Shown one piece after another: positions 60,303 to 64,000 of a stretch of 64,000 bases of DNA. The stretch is from Novakomyces olei (Eukaryota). The stretch's first letter is position 1, and the number at the start of each line of letters is the position of its first letter. The position numbers and the translations under genes were made by a program. A model generated the notes under the pieces. That model did not search any database and was not told the DNA's origin. It saw nothing but the letters and a program-made list of their open reading frames with translations. The DNA is taken from assembly GCA_016906335.1 (NCBI GenBank), contig JADEYG010000007.1:496001-560000 (forward strand), given 5' to 3'.

Positions 60303-62004
60303 ATTAATACTATGCTGTATTTAAAATCTGACATTTTATCATGTATTTTACACTATTATGGACAGTGTTTATTTGTCGTAATGACAGCATGTGCCAATGG
60401 ATCTAGTCAGATAAAATGAAATACATATAACTTGTTCCAGAACGGAATAAAGTACATTGGCAGCCTTTGACTGATTGCTGGTCAGTCTGTTGAAGGCGTA
60501 CTGTGCTACATTTCAACCGTAAAAGTAAAGCCAATTGATTTTACTCAACGACAGTCTGTCTCGCGCTTAGACGCTGGCAGACCAAGTAGATAGGCAACGG
60601 CCCATATGCCAGTGCACGCTCGTTTCCGCTAGGAACGGTGCGAGCCATCATTCTTTCGTACTCTATCGCCCAGGAAATTGTTTCAAATCTTACATTTTGG
60701 TACAAAGTTAAATATTCAGAGAACCGTGAACGCTTTAGGGCAAACTTCAGAAACAAGCAAGAACAAGGGCTTTCTACGTGACGGAACAAAGCGCAACTAA
60801 ATCACAGTGACATAGTCCGGTATAGGCAGCGCAATTCTATGCAAAAACGTGAATGCTATTAAATTTAATTTAATGCAAACTTCTCCGAGACGCCGGATCG
60901 TCTGCGTTTTGTTTGAGCATATCCTCTCTAGGTATAGATTCGTGGCTCATGCGAATAGGGCTCTTTTTTTGATAAATTTGACGGGAATCAGGCCTTGACT
61001 GAAGGTCTAAGCGTCTAAAAGGCGGCAAGGCGCGGCAACTGCGTCGACTCGCGGCGCTCATTAAAGATAAAAGTGCGATCGAAAATCTCAGCACAAACCT
61101 GTTAAAAACCTATTTACAAGCGGAGTGGAAGCGCAAATGTATACGGCTAACGAAATGCCACTGCACTGCGAACTTGTGAGTTTGCTGAGAATACCTCTTT
61201 TGAATTTCAAATGCAGTAAAGGCTTTAGACTATTTTCGTATAGATACTTTTTCGCTAGAAAAAAGGATACACTAAAACGCTTGAATACATGAAAACGCTT
61301 CGTACGTGGATAGCTTTTACGATAATGATAAAGGTCCTTGTTAGAAGAAGGAATGGCACATCACAACGCCCTAGACATTCTTTTCTCGCCTCAATATCCA
61401 GACTTCCTTTAGAGACGAAAAGACATCAATGGCGTTTAAGGCTGGAAGCGGAAAATAATACGTCGGTCCCTATAGGCATCGCAGACTCGCTAAATGCAGC
61501 TTTAGCCAAAGCCTTCAATGGGCAAATAGCATTATCAAATTCTTCCAGTCAACGACCGTTTAGTCAACCTGTCAAATCTCCAAAACTAGACAGCTCAAAC
61601 GTGGGATGTATCTTTTTAATAATAATAAACAATATACCGAGTTATTTGCGCATTGCTATTGATAGATATCGGGTCTATTTAAAAGCAAATCCTTGTCGAA
61701 TTCTCTCAGTTAAAGATGCACAAGTTTGCGACACCGGTCAAAACATTTTTTTTGTTGCCGCAGTCGTCAAACCCCGACAGGATCAATCTTCCCTGCCAAG
61801 GCGCATGATTGGATGGCCTAAATTTAATAGTGTAGAATAAATTGCGGGATAAAATGTTTTATTACTAATCTTGGAAAATTTAAGGTGAGACTAATATGGA
61901 CGAGCGGTCATAGGTTTAGTGATTGGAATAAAATTTATAGAATATTAATTACCTATAACAATCGGTGTATCGTACCAATATTCTTTGCCAAAGACTACTT
62001 CTCT

Positions 62005-63529
62005 ATGGCAAAGCTGTCGATATCAGATCTAAACGACTACATATCGCCCTCGCAGGCCTGTATCAAACCCGTGCAAGGTCCCGAAATCAGCGATCTTGAG
62101 GTCAGTTTACCCCTCTTCAAGTACTATTATTAACAGGCAGGCTACGGATATACGTGTTGACGGGACAGAGTACTTTGAAGTCAAGAAAGACGGCACTGAG
62201 CAAAAACTGCCACAGGCGCAGATAACACTGAACGACTGCCTCGCGTGCTCTGGCTGTGTGACCTCGGCGGAGTCAGTCTTGATCCAGCTCCAGTCGCATC
62301 AAGAGATTCTTTCAGTATTAAACAGAGACGCTTCCACGCGACCTTTACACTTTATCGTTTCGCTCTCACCACAGAGCCGGGCTTCGTTGGCCGCTAGCGC
62401 AAATATATCTCCGTCAGAATGTGAAGCTAAGCTATGGAGCTTTTTCAACTCTCTTGGTTTCGAAGCTTTGGTTGACACTAACTATGCTCGCAATTTAGCA
62501 CTCGCTCTAAGTGGACGAGAGTTTGTGCAAACATTCGGTAATTCCGACCTTCCTCGCCCCATACTTGCTTCAGCGTGTCCTGGATGGGTCTGTTATGCGG
62601 AAAAAACACACCACGAGGCTCTGCCGCACATTTCAAAGGTCCGTTCTCCGCAGCAGTTGACGGGTCGTATCTTGAAGGATCGACTGAGCCAAACTTATGG
62701 CTGCTCACGCCAGGACGTTTACCATGTTGCTATAATGCCGTGCTTTGACAAAAAGTTAGAGGCGAGTCGTGAGGAGTTTGTCGTAGACGGTGCACGTGAC
62801 GTTGACTGTGTCATCACTTCTCTCGAAATGGTTGAAATGCTGAAAAGTCAAGGTGGGAATCTGCAATCTATTGAGGCCAAGACTCCCGTTTTGCCACCCT
62901 TTCTGACTGATTTTGCGCCTAAAGATGGTGTTTTGCAAGAGCATAAAGGCTCGTCATCCGGAGGGTACGTTGCTCATGTAATGACATATGCAGCAACTCG
63001 GCTTTTTGGTATAAAGGACGTCGATACAGCTACTGGCCAAGGTTTAGCAGTGACTGTGCACCGGAGCCGTGATATGATGGAGTACTGCTTACGCGACTCT
63101 CAAGACAAAGTGCTTTTACGCATGGCTACTTGTTATGGATTTCGTAATATACAAAACCTTGTTCGACGGCTCAAAGGAAGTTCACAAGGTCCACGCCGGG
63201 TAGTGAAGCGATCTCGAGAAAAAGAAGGTCAGACTCGGGATCGGCCTTTTGACTGGGTTGAGGTTATGGCATGTCCTGGAGGCTGTATTAATGGAGGCGG
63301 CCAGTTACGCCCAGAGGCAATTGATTCCCCTAGTGGTCAGCGATTTACGCCCCGTGAATGGGTCAGCCACGTGGAGGAGGTTTATTGGAACGGAGCAGTG
63401 CCCGAGGAAGTAGATGAGCGAGCAGCTCAAAACTTGCTTGACGAATTGGACGAGGAGGCCACGAAATCGCACTATACGGCGGTTAAGCATACTATCGGTA
63501 ACCCCTTAGAGGCAGCCGGAGGTTGGTGA
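62005..63529 (+). CDS. NAR1: Cytosolic Fe-S assembly factor Nar1 (2 exons)
   Basis: LNDYISPSQACIKP, LNDCLACSGCVTSAE, SACPGW, MPCFDKKLEASR, EVMACPGGCINGGGQ, terminal W. Confidence 0.97.
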
Positions 63530-64000
63530 ATGAAGAGCAGGGAGAGTCAATATCTGGAAAATGTTTTATTTCAAAAGTAGCCGATACCCACAAGGAGGAG
63601 TAATTTATGTTGGGGGATCATGGAGGTCGGCATGTACACTCGGAGAGCACATGATTCCGTTTGTTTTATCAGGTAGCTCTATGTAAATAGCATGTACAGC
63701 TTGAATTTATAGACAAAAATATTTTTTATAGGCAATTTTAGCTGATCCAAATTTTATTGTGCTATGTTGGAGCTTTAGTCGAGGTACGGCGTATCATGTG
63801 CTTTGGCAGGCATTGTCTTTGACAGTAGTACTTGGAGAGCAAATAAATAAAAAAGTCAGTATAAGTAACGTAAATTAATTAAAATAAATTGCTACTTACA
63901 CTATTCGGATAAGATTGTAAAACTCGACCGATGATGTTTTTTCATTGATTATTTGTTTGTGGGATAAAACGTACACTTCCACCCTTCACAATCGATAAGG

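Overview
This is gene-dense, intron-containing fungal (ascomycete) chromosomal DNA. The gene set and the very short introns suggest a yeast-like lineage, possibly Taphrinomycotina; that assignment is inference only. About 28 protein-coding genes are recognisable: DDX60-like helicase (truncated by the window edge), histidine phosphatase, ALG1, CDF zinc transporter, thiolase, KXD1-like, CDC45, Zn2Cys6 TF, RPB5, CCDC124/LSO2, XLF/NEJ1-like, BFR1, carnitine carrier, PCI protein, TM9SF/EMP70, RAD6, kinesin-1, DOM34, 2H phosphoesterase, NCS1/FRQ1, dienelactone hydrolase, GPI1, SCI1-like, C2H2 TF, PAS-PAS hybrid histidine kinase, Ras-like GTPase, UBE2G1-like E2 and NAR1. The most striking unexplained element is a ~790-nt non-coding segment downstream of DOM34 (about 35640-36430). 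It has its own TATA box, extensive G-U-containing stems, pairing between its 5' and 3' ends, a T5 tract right after that closing stem and a downstream intron-like signal, so it is a candidate large structured ncRNA of unassigned family. Also notable are 10-bp-spaced telomere-like AGGGTT dyads in several promoters, an interstitial telomere-like array, 31-40 nt introns, a GAG splice acceptor, and several probable small multi-exon genes missed by the ORF track. Exon boundaries and RNA pairings were assigned by eye.
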